From NCBI GenBank assembly GCA_031763465.1, contig JARFOE010000005.1, forward strand, positions 431,060 to 465,170: DNA of 34,111 nt, written 5' to 3'. This DNA comes from Squatina squatina. Lineage: Eukaryota. Position numbers and translations under genes: made by a program. Under the pieces are notes generated by a model. That model saw only the letters and a program-made list of their open reading frames with translations. It did not search any database and was not told where the DNA came from. Shown one piece after another: positions 23,741 through 34,111 of this stretch. Within the stretch, counting starts at the first letter, position 1; each line of letters begins with the position of its first letter.

Positions 23741-26700
23741 TATCCAGCAGCTATGTTGTATGTTGCATAACAACATAGGGATTGTTGCATTAACCTTTCT
23801 GGAAAAAGTTGCAGAAATCTTAGTATTTTTTCCAAAGTTTGTTTTGAAATTGTTACTGATTGTACTACCCAAGGTTAAACTCATGAAAAAAGCAATCCTA
23901 CTGCAGTAGTTAATGCTGAAATACCAGATTGAACCATAAGTCCTGTTCTGCTGCATTTGGTCAATTAGAAACACATTTCTATACTTCGTGACCCTTAAAT
24001 GTTAATAGATCCTGTTCTGAGGTTATGGATATGCTTGTTAACATTCCAGAAATGTTGTGCATATGCACAACAAATCAAGAAAGTATATGAAAAGAAAACA
24101 TAAAAGGCAGCCTGGTGATCTAACATGTTAATGGATGATGTGCTGTGCTATTAAGTGAAAAGTTGTGTATTCTCCTCAATGACTGCTCATATGGTGACCT
24201 CCTTTACTCAGACAGGGCATTTGGCCAGATACCAGGTACCAGTGCACTTCGCCTGAGGAAAGGAAGGAAGCTCATTGGAATATTCATATGACATAGAAAC
24301 CATGCAAAAAACAATTCAAACTGGGAATTGCAAGAAATCTGGGAACAGANNNNNNNNNNATTGTATTGTGGTCTCAGTAAGCAGACGCAAATTGTGAAGT
24401 AAATGGGAAATTAAAATATAAGCAAAAGAAGAACAAAGTGCAAGGCAGAGCAGTAAAGGGAAAAATGCAGTATGTGAAAGAACAGATCAAGGAAATAGAA
24501 GAGATGGTTGAAGACTGATTTAAAGACGATTGATTTCATAATAAGGAAGAACAGGGTAAAATGTTGATCAAAGTGACAAATTACAGAGATAAGTAATTAC
24601 CCGCACTTTCTATCAATGGAGCACGGTTTAGTGCTTTTCACGTGTAAATGTTCTGCTGGTGGTAAGCTGAGCCATCAAATCTATACATTGTCAATAAATG
24701 CTTTAAGTAGTTTAACCATCTAGAAATAAGGCACTAACTGATACGCATGAGAGTGGGAAAGTACTGGTACATTAATATTGTACAAAATGGAGCTTTAAAG
24801 TCAGTGACTTCCAGGTTTCACGCATGCTACCGGGGCCCCCCCATCTCCAATGGGTCCAAAAGTTAAAATTTCCACCAATTTGTCTAAAAAGTGTTTATTT
24901 ATGTCGAGAGCAAAAATAGCCCTGTTTGAATGGGAGAGTCATAGAGGCACCAGTTTAGGACCTGAGCAGTAGACCCAAGGATGGACAGTGCACTTTTGGG
25001 CTAAGAATGTGGGCACACGCTGCCCGCTATATTGGCTGATTTTGTGCTCATTTTGCACTTGTAAAATGGGCGCAGCATCATCGAATGTCTCGGCCTTGGT
25101 GCTCTGAATCTGTAGGAATAATTTAATCATGCTTCATTTGTGCAACATTACTTATTTATAATGCTAATNNNNNNNNNNNNNNNNNNNNNNNNNNNNNNNN
25201 NNNNNNNNNNNNNNNNNNNNNNNNNNNNNNNNNNNNNNNNNNNNNNNNNNNNNNNNNNNNNNNNNNNNCCCAGTTCAAACATTTTGCAGTATGAAGTACT
25301 GCATTGTTACCATCAGGGTATCACTGCTTTTGGCACAGTTTGTTAAAGATGTGGAAGTTATTGCCCATTACATTCGTTTTCTCCTTTCCTTTTCCTTACT
25401 CTTGAGCAGTCATGGTGATTCTGTGCCTGTTTAACACAGACTCTTGGCCCCAGCAACATCCACAGATGTTGTTACTTGTTATTTCAATCAGCAAGTGCCC
25501 TGGACATACAAACCTTAGCAGTCAAAGAACTCCAGTAATTAGATTTCACAATGAAAGACACCTGGCCCACCCAACTACAAAACCTTGTGTTATACATCCA
25601 ACCTGCCAAGTCGGTATTGCATGCTTGTTCATGAGGTCTGAGACAGCAGTTTTATTGGAGAGAATGAATTCAGCTGTTGATGAATAACATTCACATTCAG
25701 TTCATCTTGCACCTTGGCTTAACTACTTACTGTTCAGACTTTGCTGAGTTGAGATTTGATTTATTTTGAAATATAACAGTCTATTTTGTACGGTTTTAAA
25801 ATACTTTTTTTTGTGCTCAAAGTGAAGGATATTCAGTGATGGGGCCTAGAGCACATGTAGGACTCCCAAGTTAGTTATAGCACAGTTAGATGCAGACTAA
25901 ATCTTCCTCTCCTCTGACCTAAACTCCTGGCTCTGAAGAGGAACCTTTGTTGTGCCAATTCAAGAGAATAGATTCTGACATGCAATAGCTTAATTATATC
26001 ATTCACTGGTCTGTCTGCATGGACTGTACTGAGTACAAGAGTGACAGATAGGTTTTCCCTTCAACCTGCCAAACAGAATGATAGTAACCCATCACTGGGC
26101 AGATATAAAAGAGAATGATGACTTCCTCCGCCTGGCAGAACGGAATCTATTTGCTGCTCTGTTCCCTATGTTTTTGTCAGCGGCTGAGTTTCAGTATCAT
26201 ATGCTAATTGGGGTCCTATGACAGATATAGTACCCTCATGGCATTTTAATGGTGAGCTGTGGGGTGCCCTCTTTGGGTGCCCCACTCAGTAAAACCTGTT
26301 AAAGAAGGAGTGCAGCTTTTAAACTTATCTTTGTGGGGCCCAAAGAAGCAGGAGTGCTGCTCNNNNNNNNNNCTGCAACTTACAGACTGTTGGTAGGGTG
26401 GTCTCCAGGCCGCCCGATCTACATCTGCTGGCAGCTGGCCAGCTGCCTCTATAGCAATTCCAATGGGCAACTACATCAGTTCCTGGGCAGGCGGCCTGTG
26501 CATCCCGCCGACTTCCTCCTACGACATTAAAATTCCTACTATAACCTTTCTAAGATACAGAAGTTGCCAATGGAGTGGACCACGGCTGGGCTTTCTGAGG
26601 ATGCCACTCTTGCCAACTTTGCCACTTGTCTGTCCCTAAAGTAGAACATATCGCTAAGCAAATAAATCTAAATGTAACTGAAAAAGTCTGCAACCCCTGT

Positions 26701-28432
26701 AATGGTACATTTACTGGTCCCGTGCTCCCAGGAGAGCCACATTCAAAGGGATTGCAGATTGGAGAACCGGCACTAATATTTGCTAACCCTTTCTCCAACT
26801 CACCCTCCTTATGACTGTTGCTTCCCGCTTGGAGCCCACAAGCAGTAAATCAGCCCTATAAAACACAGATGAGTGGATAACATCTGGGTCCAATCTTCTC
26901 TGCAGAGTTAGACTTCTCGGTACTGAAGATACAACAATATTTTCCCACCTACTCTCCAGTTTAATCTATAACTGTGTGCATTATTTCTTCTTTTCGATGG
27001 AATTACAGTTAGTTATCACCTAGGCTGCTGAAATACATTATAGAAGAAAACAATGATGCTTTCTCTACCCACCCAAATAGATTTGTGTGAGCTGGTCTAC
27101 AAAGTGCCATTATTGTTTCATGGTTCTATGACTCATTATCTTGGCTGAACAAAGAGAATCGCATATCGTAAAAGGCCTGTTGGAAGAAGTGTCCGATACA
27201 CCAAATGATTCTTTTCTTGATTCATACCTTTTTATATCATGTGGAGCATTTTCAAGCGGATAAAGAAATGCATGAAAACAGCCAACTTATAACCCAGGTA
27301 CAAGATCTGTTCCATCATTGAAGAGTCTGCAGTGGATAATTGCATAGATCATAACCTCTCTTACTTATTCTGACAGCATTGCAGCACAATATGTAGTAAG
27401 TTACACCTATAGTTTGTTTACCATGTTTCTTGTTAGTGGTTGCTGCAATAATTAGTAGAATGAATATGAACTTTAAAATAAACTACTTGGGCCCAATTTC
27501 CTTCCTGCATTTGGCAACAAGCACAGCAGTGGATTTCTTCCAGTGCCTCCCTGTTACATATAAAGAGTGTTCAATTGTACTCCACCCTGTGCTCACCAGA
27601 TTATCAATTTGCCAATATGATTTGGGAATAATAAAGTGAAGCGCATATGCACAGGTAAGAGCCACTAGAGACCAGGTTTTATCTGCACTTTATTTATAGA
27701 ATGTTGAAGAAACACCTGAATGTTATGCTAAATGGGAGAAAGCAAATCCGTATTTTTTTCCCACTTTGTGGAAAGGCATTGGGTATGAAATGGTAAGTAA
27801 ATTGTTGATGCAGAGTGACATTTGAAAACATTTGTACGATTGGTCATACTGGAGGACACACTTTTTTATTCTGCTAATGTTGATTTTTTTTTCAATATTC
27901 TTAATCAATATTTGGGTCTGGGAACTGCAATCTTACTAGAGCAGCTTTTCCCTGGGTGTTTAATTTGTCAGCACCATTTGAGGTTTTGACTGAAATTTTT
28001 AATTTGCCACTGGTCAAAGCAAAGTCATAGGAACCTGTTAAGTATTCATGTTTGCCAATATATTCGATATTTGCCAATCATGGCACAGTGATCATAAGGA
28101 ATAGTAAGTGTGGTTTTAACAGCAATAGCTTGTGCCTTGCACTGGGATTCCTGAAACACACAGTCAAATCAATAATTGAAACTTATTAAGTTGACCAAAT
28201 TTACTTAGATTTTTAGGAGATCTTTGATAAGATCCTTTTGGGTTTTTGAAGTAGGTAAAGGTGCATGGAATAATATCAGATTTAAAAACTGGTAGGAGGT
28301 GATGATGACAGTAATCAGTGCTTTGCCGTGGAGTAGATCCCCTGCTGTTTGCACTATGGGTGAGTGTATTCTCAATTTAAGGTAATGCTCATGAAATATT
28401 AAACATGCATAACAGCCAGATGCTAGGCACTG

Positions 28433-28481
28433 GTACAAAAGCAAAATACTGCGGATGCTGGAATCTGAAATAAAAACAGAA
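28433..28481 (-). mobile_element. Distal end of a second Penelope-like terminal repeat, truncated by a gap
   Basis: acaaaagcaaaatactgcggatgctggaatctgaaataaaaacagaa is, from recall, the reverse complement of the sequence that follows the 19685-type repeat. Confidence 0.6.
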
Positions 28482-28747
28482 NNNNNNNNNNNNNNNNNNN
28501 NNNNNNNNNNNNNNNNNNNNNNNNNNNNNNNNNNNNNNNNNNNNNNNNNNNNNNNNNNNNNNNNNNNNNNNNNNNNNNNNNCACTGCATCCTGAGAAATG
28601 CAGTTGTCACCCAAAGTCGAACCCATGCTTATTGCCGCAGGCACTGGATGAGACAGGTAATGCCGTAGAAATGGGCAAAAGGGTCTGTCTGCAACTGTCA
28701 CACGACTACCAAAGCCGAGTAAGCCTAGTACTGTTTTATCAATCTTT

Positions 28748-29035
28748 CTTTTGAGTGAGACATTAAATCGGGGCCCCATCTGCCCTCTCAGGTGGACGTG
28801 AAAGGTCCCAAATGGCACTGTTTGAAGAAGAGCAGGGGAGTTCTTCCCAGTATCCTGGCCAATATTTATCCCTCTGCCAAAATCACTGAAACAGATTATC
28901 CGGTCATTATCACATTGCTGTTTGTGGGAGCTTGCTGTGTGCAAATTGGCTGCTGCGTTGCCTACGTTACAACAGTGACGACACTCCAAAAGATACTTCA
29001 TTGGCTGTAACATGCTTTGGGATGTCTGGAGGTCT
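28748..29035 (+). mobile_element. Deu-domain SINE (SacSINE1/AmnSINE1-related), truncated at both ends
   Basis: Contains the Deu core: gagacattaaa..ggccccatctgccctctcaggtggacgt...gaagaagagcaggggagttct...cctggccaatatttatccctc...cacattgctgtttgtgggagcttgctgtgtgcaaattggctgc. Confidence 0.88.
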
Positions 29036-30199
29036 TTTTACAAAGCCTAGTACTGTTTTATTTAGAAATCTAGCACAAATAAATTGACACTAGTAGATCT
29101 GCGTTGAGCAAGCAGGAACGCTTTTGCTGCTGACCAGGAAACTCCACGCCAGGGCTGGTTTCTGCCCTTGTCTGTGTTCCCCTGGCCCCCGGAGGAGCAA
29201 CAGAGCGCCCAGCTCCTGCTCCGTGCATCTCGCCTGCCTGGTTTACTAAGCCTGGCTACTGGGAAGATTCTTTTTGTTTCAAACTGAACTTTGCGAATCC
29301 CGTGTTGTTTGCGTTGTGAGGGGTGGAGGGGTGGGGCTGCCGTCAGCTGCATTTGGACTTGTGCACCGGGATTCAGCGGTACCAGTGGGTGCCCGCGGTA
29401 CCAGTGGCTCACAGCATCACATCCCAGCAAGGAATCGATGCCTTTGGGAAAGGAGGGGACGAACGACAGAGACTGACAACATGTTAAAAAGGAACACAAA
29501 GCTACCAGTGTAATATAAGTACTGTAATATTTCTGCCCATATTACTGCAGATGACATATGCTCACCCCACCCATGACTTTGTCAGAAATGATACAAGTGT
29601 ACATTTGTGAACTTTCAAGCTCTTCTGCCATATAAATCCATACAAGTTTAATTGCACTCTGTGATTTAGTGAACTTGTTTCCAAGCTATTCCGAGATGGA
29701 TTTTTCTTGTCATTGCTGCATCAAGTAACAGTACTTCCAGGGATAAAAAGCGAGCACAGAATGTTTCTCTCAATAAATGATTCAGACTGCAGCACAGTGT
29801 GCACAGGGCTTTGAGTACAATGCAGCGTGTCCCCACCAACAGCCCTGTGAGAGGGAGACTTGACCTCTCTTGGCTCAAAGCACTGCCTTCTGCTTTCCAA
29901 AGAAAAGAAAATATTTTAAATCCCAGAACCAGATGTTGTAGGATGATGAAGCCAGCCTTTAAAATTGAGCTAAATTGCTTACATAGACCTTGAATTCATA
30001 AAAGAAAGCATTTTGTTCCTTATTGCATTAGATGTGCTTGTAATGTGGAGTAGAAAATCTAAATGGCATCAACAATCATTGATAGCGTACATTTTAATTN
30101 NNNNNNNNNNNNNNNNNNNNNNNNNNNNNNNNNNNNNNNNNNNNNNNNNNNNNNNNNNNNNNNNNNNNNNNNNNNNNNNNNNNNNNNNNNNNNNNNNNN

Positions 30200-30317
30200 T
30201 GATGGAGTTAGATGAAGAAGGGTGGGAGGAGGCTCGTGTGGAGCATAACCACTGACATGGAACTGTTGGGCCGAATGACCTGTTTCTGTGCTGTAAATAC
30301 TATGTAATACTATGTAA
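30200..30317 (+). mobile_element. CR1 LINE 3' end with short tandem tail (tactatgtaa)x2
   Basis: gggtgggaggaggctcgtgtggagcataa...ttgggccgaatgacctgtttctgtgctgtaaatactatgtaatactatgtaa. Confidence 0.82.
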
Positions 30318-30414
30318 AAGTATTGCTTCAGGTTTATTTTGTAAAATGATGCCAAATTGCTAGAAAATAACAAATTATAGGAAACTTTAGATGACTAAAT
30401 TGATTGCATTGTAC

Positions 30415-30581
30415 CTGTGATTTAGTGCCATCTGCTGATGTAACATGCAGTTCCACTTTGGTATTTCCTACAGAGAGGTATATTGGTTTAGCGACATTCG
30501 ACCCATTAATAATCACTTTCATTTTATGGTGAGCGACGATTGGCTGAACATTTACAGTGATCATATCGAGAGGTGCTGTAC
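30415..30581 (-). CDS. Internal 167-nt exon encoding a cadherin-like beta-sandwich domain (uncharacterised protein)
   Basis: Acceptor ttattctcttaacatattag|, donor CAG|gtacaa, phase 1 to 0, open frame TAPLDMITVNVQPIVAHHKMKVIINGSNVAKPIYLSVGNTKVELHVTSADGTKSQ. The pattern V.ING......L..G.T.V...VTS.DG is typical of the cadherin-like beta-sandwich family. Confidence 0.78.
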
Positions 30582-30767
30582 CTAATATGTTAAGAGAATA
30601 AATTTTAACATGTGAAATTAACTTTGCCACTGCATTGAATTTCATTGAGACTCGTGTCCTCAACAGGGCAGGGCTCCTGCCATTGTACACCAGGTAGTTT
30701 GATGGAGAAGGTGGTTGAGAAATGTTTTACTGCTTTCATCCATGCCAAAATTTGCACCAGATTGGAT

Positions 30768-30922
30768 GGGTATAATTTTCACTTGGGTGATATGGATTTA
30801 GCCGCCCAATATAAATCTCTCCTAATGACTTCAATAGAAATGAAAATCAGGAGAGATGTATAACAGGCAACTGAATCGATACCACCCATGTTACGCTATC
30901 GCCCAAAGTCAAAATGACCCCC
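30768..30922. mobile_element. ~155-bp MITE with imperfect terminal inverted repeats and an internal hairpin
   Basis: Left end gggtataattttcacttgggtgata versus reverse complement of the right end gggtcattttgactttgggcgata; inner arms tataaatctctcct/aggagagatgtata; gat on both flanks as a possible 3-bp TSD. Confidence 0.7.
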
Positions 30923-31234
30923 GATGTCGCTTTCTGTTCTTTTTCAAGAAATAGTCACCACATCAGGTATTAGAATACCTGAATACTGACACTGAAGTCT
31001 TCTTATATTAAATAATGCATGTACCATCATAGTGCCAATGTGATGGAGGAAAACTGTATTTCATCAGTGGACAGTTCATAACACCCATAAAATCCTGATC
31101 AAATTGTCTAACAGAAACAGTGATATAAATAGCAATGCTGATCTTTGCCAGTTTCTACACTTTGGAAGTGAAGGCTTCACTAATTCTAGCAAATAAAGTT
31201 GGCCCAGTATTTAGGTTTATATGTGAGTTTGTCT

Positions 31235-31492
31235 CAGTGTTGGGTCAAGCCCCAATCCAGGTTTGGAGCACATAATCTAGGCTGACACTTCAGTGCAGTA
31301 CTGAGAGAGTGCTACTTTTATGGAGGTGCCATCTCTCACAAGACATTAAATTGAGGCCACATCTGCCTTTTCAGGAGGACATAAAGGGTCTCATGACATT
31401 ATTTATGAAAAAGCACAAAGTATTTTGACCTGGCCAACATTTATCCCTCAACCGTCACCACCAAAGCTGTATAAATGAAAGCTGTTTCTTTA
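31235..31492 (+). mobile_element. Older, internally deleted Deu-domain SINE copy
   Basis: gagcacataatctaggctgacacttcagtgcagtactgagagagtgct...agacattaaattgaggccacatctgcc...cctggccaacatttatccctcaacc; alignable by eye to 28748-28880. Confidence 0.8.
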
Positions 31493-31734
31493 CAACTAGT
31501 GAAGACAGGAATTTCATCCCATCAGTTTAGTTGTAGCCTTACAGTTATATGGCTAACAGAGCAAAAGTTATAAGAAGCCTATACACATAGATATGCAAAT
31601 AATCTATTGATTTCTGAAGTTTAGTGCCTGCTAGGAATGTGATCTGTGGAATGCAAACAGGTGGGCATAATTGTAATGCTGCTGGAAATATTACTTCATT
31701 AGCTTTCTGTGTAACTTCTATATTCAATAATAGG

Positions 31735-31860
31735 TTGGATAGGTGGATGAACAAAAAGTGCTGGGACCAGGATGGGTATATATATGATTAGAGCTATTTG
31801 CTCACATGGAGGCTAAGTGCTGACATGGACTGATCGCGCTGGATGGCCTATTTCTATGCA
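31735..31860 (+). mobile_element. Highly degenerate CR1 3' end
   Basis: gctcacatggaggctaagtgctgacatggactgatcgcgctggatggcctatttctatgc parallels 30230-30292. Confidence 0.55.
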
Positions 31861-32043
31861 ACCTTAGAGAATAGGGAGAAAGTTCACAATGATTTGTCTT
31901 AATGGAAGTTTCACCTCCCTAGGGAGACCAGACTGGGGGAGTTTATGGTAGCGCATGTCATGCAGTTTTGAATGTATTGCACATGTAGACTCTGATTTCA
32001 TACTTTGCTGTACCTAACATTGCTCCTTCTTTTTGGGACTTAG

Positions 32044-32201
32044 GCTGTGCTCGCTTGTGGACTGCAATTGCCCAGTCTGAAATAAAGAAGGTTGAGGAGC
32101 AGGATGTTGTTCTACCGTGTCAGCATCGCTTTGGTCGTTTAGTATCAAAGAGCCTAGACATTGAGTGGCTTTTGCAAGATTCTGAACCCAATCAGAAAGT
32201 G
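32044..32201 (+). CDS. CLMP: Exon 2 of a CLMP-like (CXADR-like membrane protein, CTX family) gene; first half of the Ig V domain
   Basis: Acceptor tgctccttctttttgggacttag|, donor GTG|gtgagc, 158 nt, phase 1 to 0. SEIKKVEEQDVVLPCQHRFGRLVSKSLDIEWLLQDSEPNQKV aligns without gaps to recalled human CLMP TEIKRVAEEKVTLPCHHQLGLPEKDTLDIEWLLTDNEGNQKV, including the B-strand Cys and C-strand Trp. Confidence 0.92.
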
Positions 32202-32668
32202 GTGAGCATTCCTTTAGCAGATGGTTTACATTACAGTCAATTATTATTCTACTTGTGTTAACGTTCAATAAGATGGCTATGTTGCGTCATATTACATTTT
32301 AGTTTACTCAGCTGATACATGATTAACCTTTAACCCTACTCTGCAATTTCTTTTTATTTAAACACACAACAAGGCTCTTTTGTAATTGCCTTTATTATAA
32401 GAAGGTATGGAAGTACCAGGTACCAGTTTATATTAACATAGCCCTGTTACATTCTTGGCAAGATTTCCCAACTTCAGAAAGGCCTGACTCTGAGTTCTAA
32501 TCCATTTATTTTAAACAGATCAATGTTTGCACTAAAATAACAGAAAGAGGAATTTTTGCTCGATTCTGTTTGAGGAATCAGATTTACTCTTCATCACAAG
32601 TGGTACAGAATATAAGAGCAAGCGATTGCAGCTGTGGTTATACAGGAGCTGCTTCTCCTCTGGATTAT

Positions 32669-32826
32669 GGATCTAAAATTCAACTTCGTTGGGGGCAGGG
32701 GCGTAAAACGGGTGGAAATGGATTGGCCACCCATTATACACCCCGCTCATTGACGTCAATAGAAAGGAAATTCGAGTGGGGTGTATAATGGGCTGCTGAT
32801 CCCTACCAAAGTAGTATTTTACCCCC
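32669..32826. mobile_element. Second MITE of the 30768 family
   Basis: Same layout: ..aaaattcaact start, 19-bp arms cccattatacaccccgctc/gagtggggtgtataatggg, central attgac(g/t)tcaatagaaa, end attttaccccc. Confidence 0.7.
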
Positions 32827-32899
32827 ATGGTGTTCTTTCTTGAGTGTCCCATTTTTAGAAGGATATGCTGGTCTTGGCAGACTGAAAACTGGGGCGCAG

Positions 32900-33270
32900 A
32901 GACTGAGTTATGACGAGACAATGGGTAAACTTGGATGATATTCCCTAGAGATGAGATGGGTAAGGGTGATTTTATTAAGATGTATAAAATAACAAAGGGA
33001 ATTTACTGGGGAGATAGGGAACAACTCATTGCTTTACAGGGGAAATCCAGAACAAGGTAACATGATCTTAGAATTCAGGTTTTAAGCCAGTTAGAGGTGA
33101 ATCCAGGAAAACTTCTTCATACGAAAACATGTGAGAATGTGAACACACAACCCCAGGAGGCCACATATAAAGTCAATTGAGGGATTTAAAAGGTAGATAC
33201 ATATTTATTTAGGAGGTAAGGACATGGAGGAGATATGGAGGGGCTACGGAGAAAAGGAAGGCAATAACAA
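32900..33270 (+). mobile_element. Degenerate CR1 ORF2 C-terminus
   Basis: Translates to LSYDETMGKLG*YSLEMRWVRVI / GDFIKMYKITKG, the CR1 LSYEERL..LGL.SLE.RR.RGDLI..YKI..G motif, with stops and frameshifts. Confidence 0.8.
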
Positions 33271-33714
33271 TTAAAAAGATAGAGCTGTCAAACAGAAAGT
33301 TAAAACCCAGAATGCCAAGCCAGAAAACGTCAAAAGCTAACAACAACTTCAAAAAAGCTGATATTTCAAGAATGGCCCTGATGTGAAAACTAATTACCTG
33401 GGCTTGTTAACTTAAGGTGTAGGTATACACAATATTCCTCCACTTGTATTGACGGAGGGGAAAAAAAAGCAGACGTACATGAAATTTTGATGGGGAAATG
33501 CAAATGATGAGAGGGCAAAACTGGTGGGGTCTGTCATGCACACCTGGAATGTGTAGAATTTTTACATTAGTAATGATACATTCTGGTTAATTTCAAGCAC
33601 CTTTGTACCTCACAGTTGATAGTTCTTTTTAATCTTAAAAAAATGGAAAAATAAAGTGGCATTTGTATTTTCAACAGACTAACCAGAATATCACTTCCTC
33701 AAAAGTTATTTCAA

Positions 33715-34111
33715 TACTCACTCTCCCACATCCAGCCCCTCCTCCTCTCATTGTTCTAATTCACAAAGCTACACTAATACCCTCCGGACCTAGTTCACAG
33801 AGACACAGCACCCATTCAACTCCCCAACCTTTCAAAGAGACACTCGCTTTCCCTCCAACCCTCCCAGCTCCTACTGCCACTCTTCTACCCCGGCACTTTT
33901 CCCCTTCCAACTCAGTTAAAATAGAACTCTTCTATTCCTCCCCTACCCAGTTCAACCTGGCATTCTCCCAACTCCCCCAATCCCCGAGCACCACCCATGA
34001 GCTCGTACCGTCCTCCCCCCACGGTTCCAGGTGGCCCTATCCTTTCCCACTCCCACGCAGCTCCTTCTGGCCCCCGCCTTTCGTCTCCCCCCCCGCGGCT
34101 GGCAGCTGCGG
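33715..34111. repeat. C-rich low-complexity tract becoming CpG-rich at the window end
   Basis: Strong C/G strand skew with many CCC-CCCCCC runs; ends ...ccccgcggctggcagctgcgg. Confidence 0.7.

Noticed and set aside
28423-29013. 196-aa minus-strand ORF MLQPMKYLLECRHCCNVGNAAANLHTASSHKQQCD...
   Set aside because: Antisense translation of the Deu-SINE, artificially extended through an N gap; other X-containing ORFs were rejected for the same reason.
30963-30982. Inverted repeat TCAGGTATT-AG-AATACCTGA
   Set aside because: A single 9-bp stem with a 2-nt loop is not unexpected in 34 kb.
31025-31155. Minus-strand frame ...YSFPPSHWHYD ending in phase 1, a possible upstream exon of the beta-sandwich gene
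   Set aside because: Only the F.P....Y spacing fits; the rest does not resemble the domain and the donor (ATG|gtacat) is weak. Worth rechecking with RNA-seq.

Overview
Eukaryotic, intron-rich vertebrate DNA, most likely from a shark or other cartilaginous fish (inferred from the repeat families: CR1 and RTE LINEs, Deu-domain SINEs, a Penelope-like terminal repeat, GGG...CCC MITEs). The window is a scaffolded mosaic of 16 segments joined by fifteen 100-N gaps, plus three 10-N gaps, so order and distance across gaps are not reliable. It contains a ~6.3-kb minisatellite of 16-bp units with higher-order structure (1651-7945) and a few spliced coding exons: a GRAMD1B-like exon (-), an isolated TRANK1-like exon (-), exons 1 and 2 of a CLMP-like Ig-superfamily gene (+), and an exon encoding a cadherin-like beta-sandwich (-) that sits antisense inside the CLMP-like intron on the same contig as CLMP exon 2. 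A minimal hammerhead-ribozyme motif lies at 19685-19720. Gene identities come from my recall of protein sequences, not from a database search. Most ORFs in the supplied track are not genes. No CRISPR array, rRNA or tRNA gene was seen.
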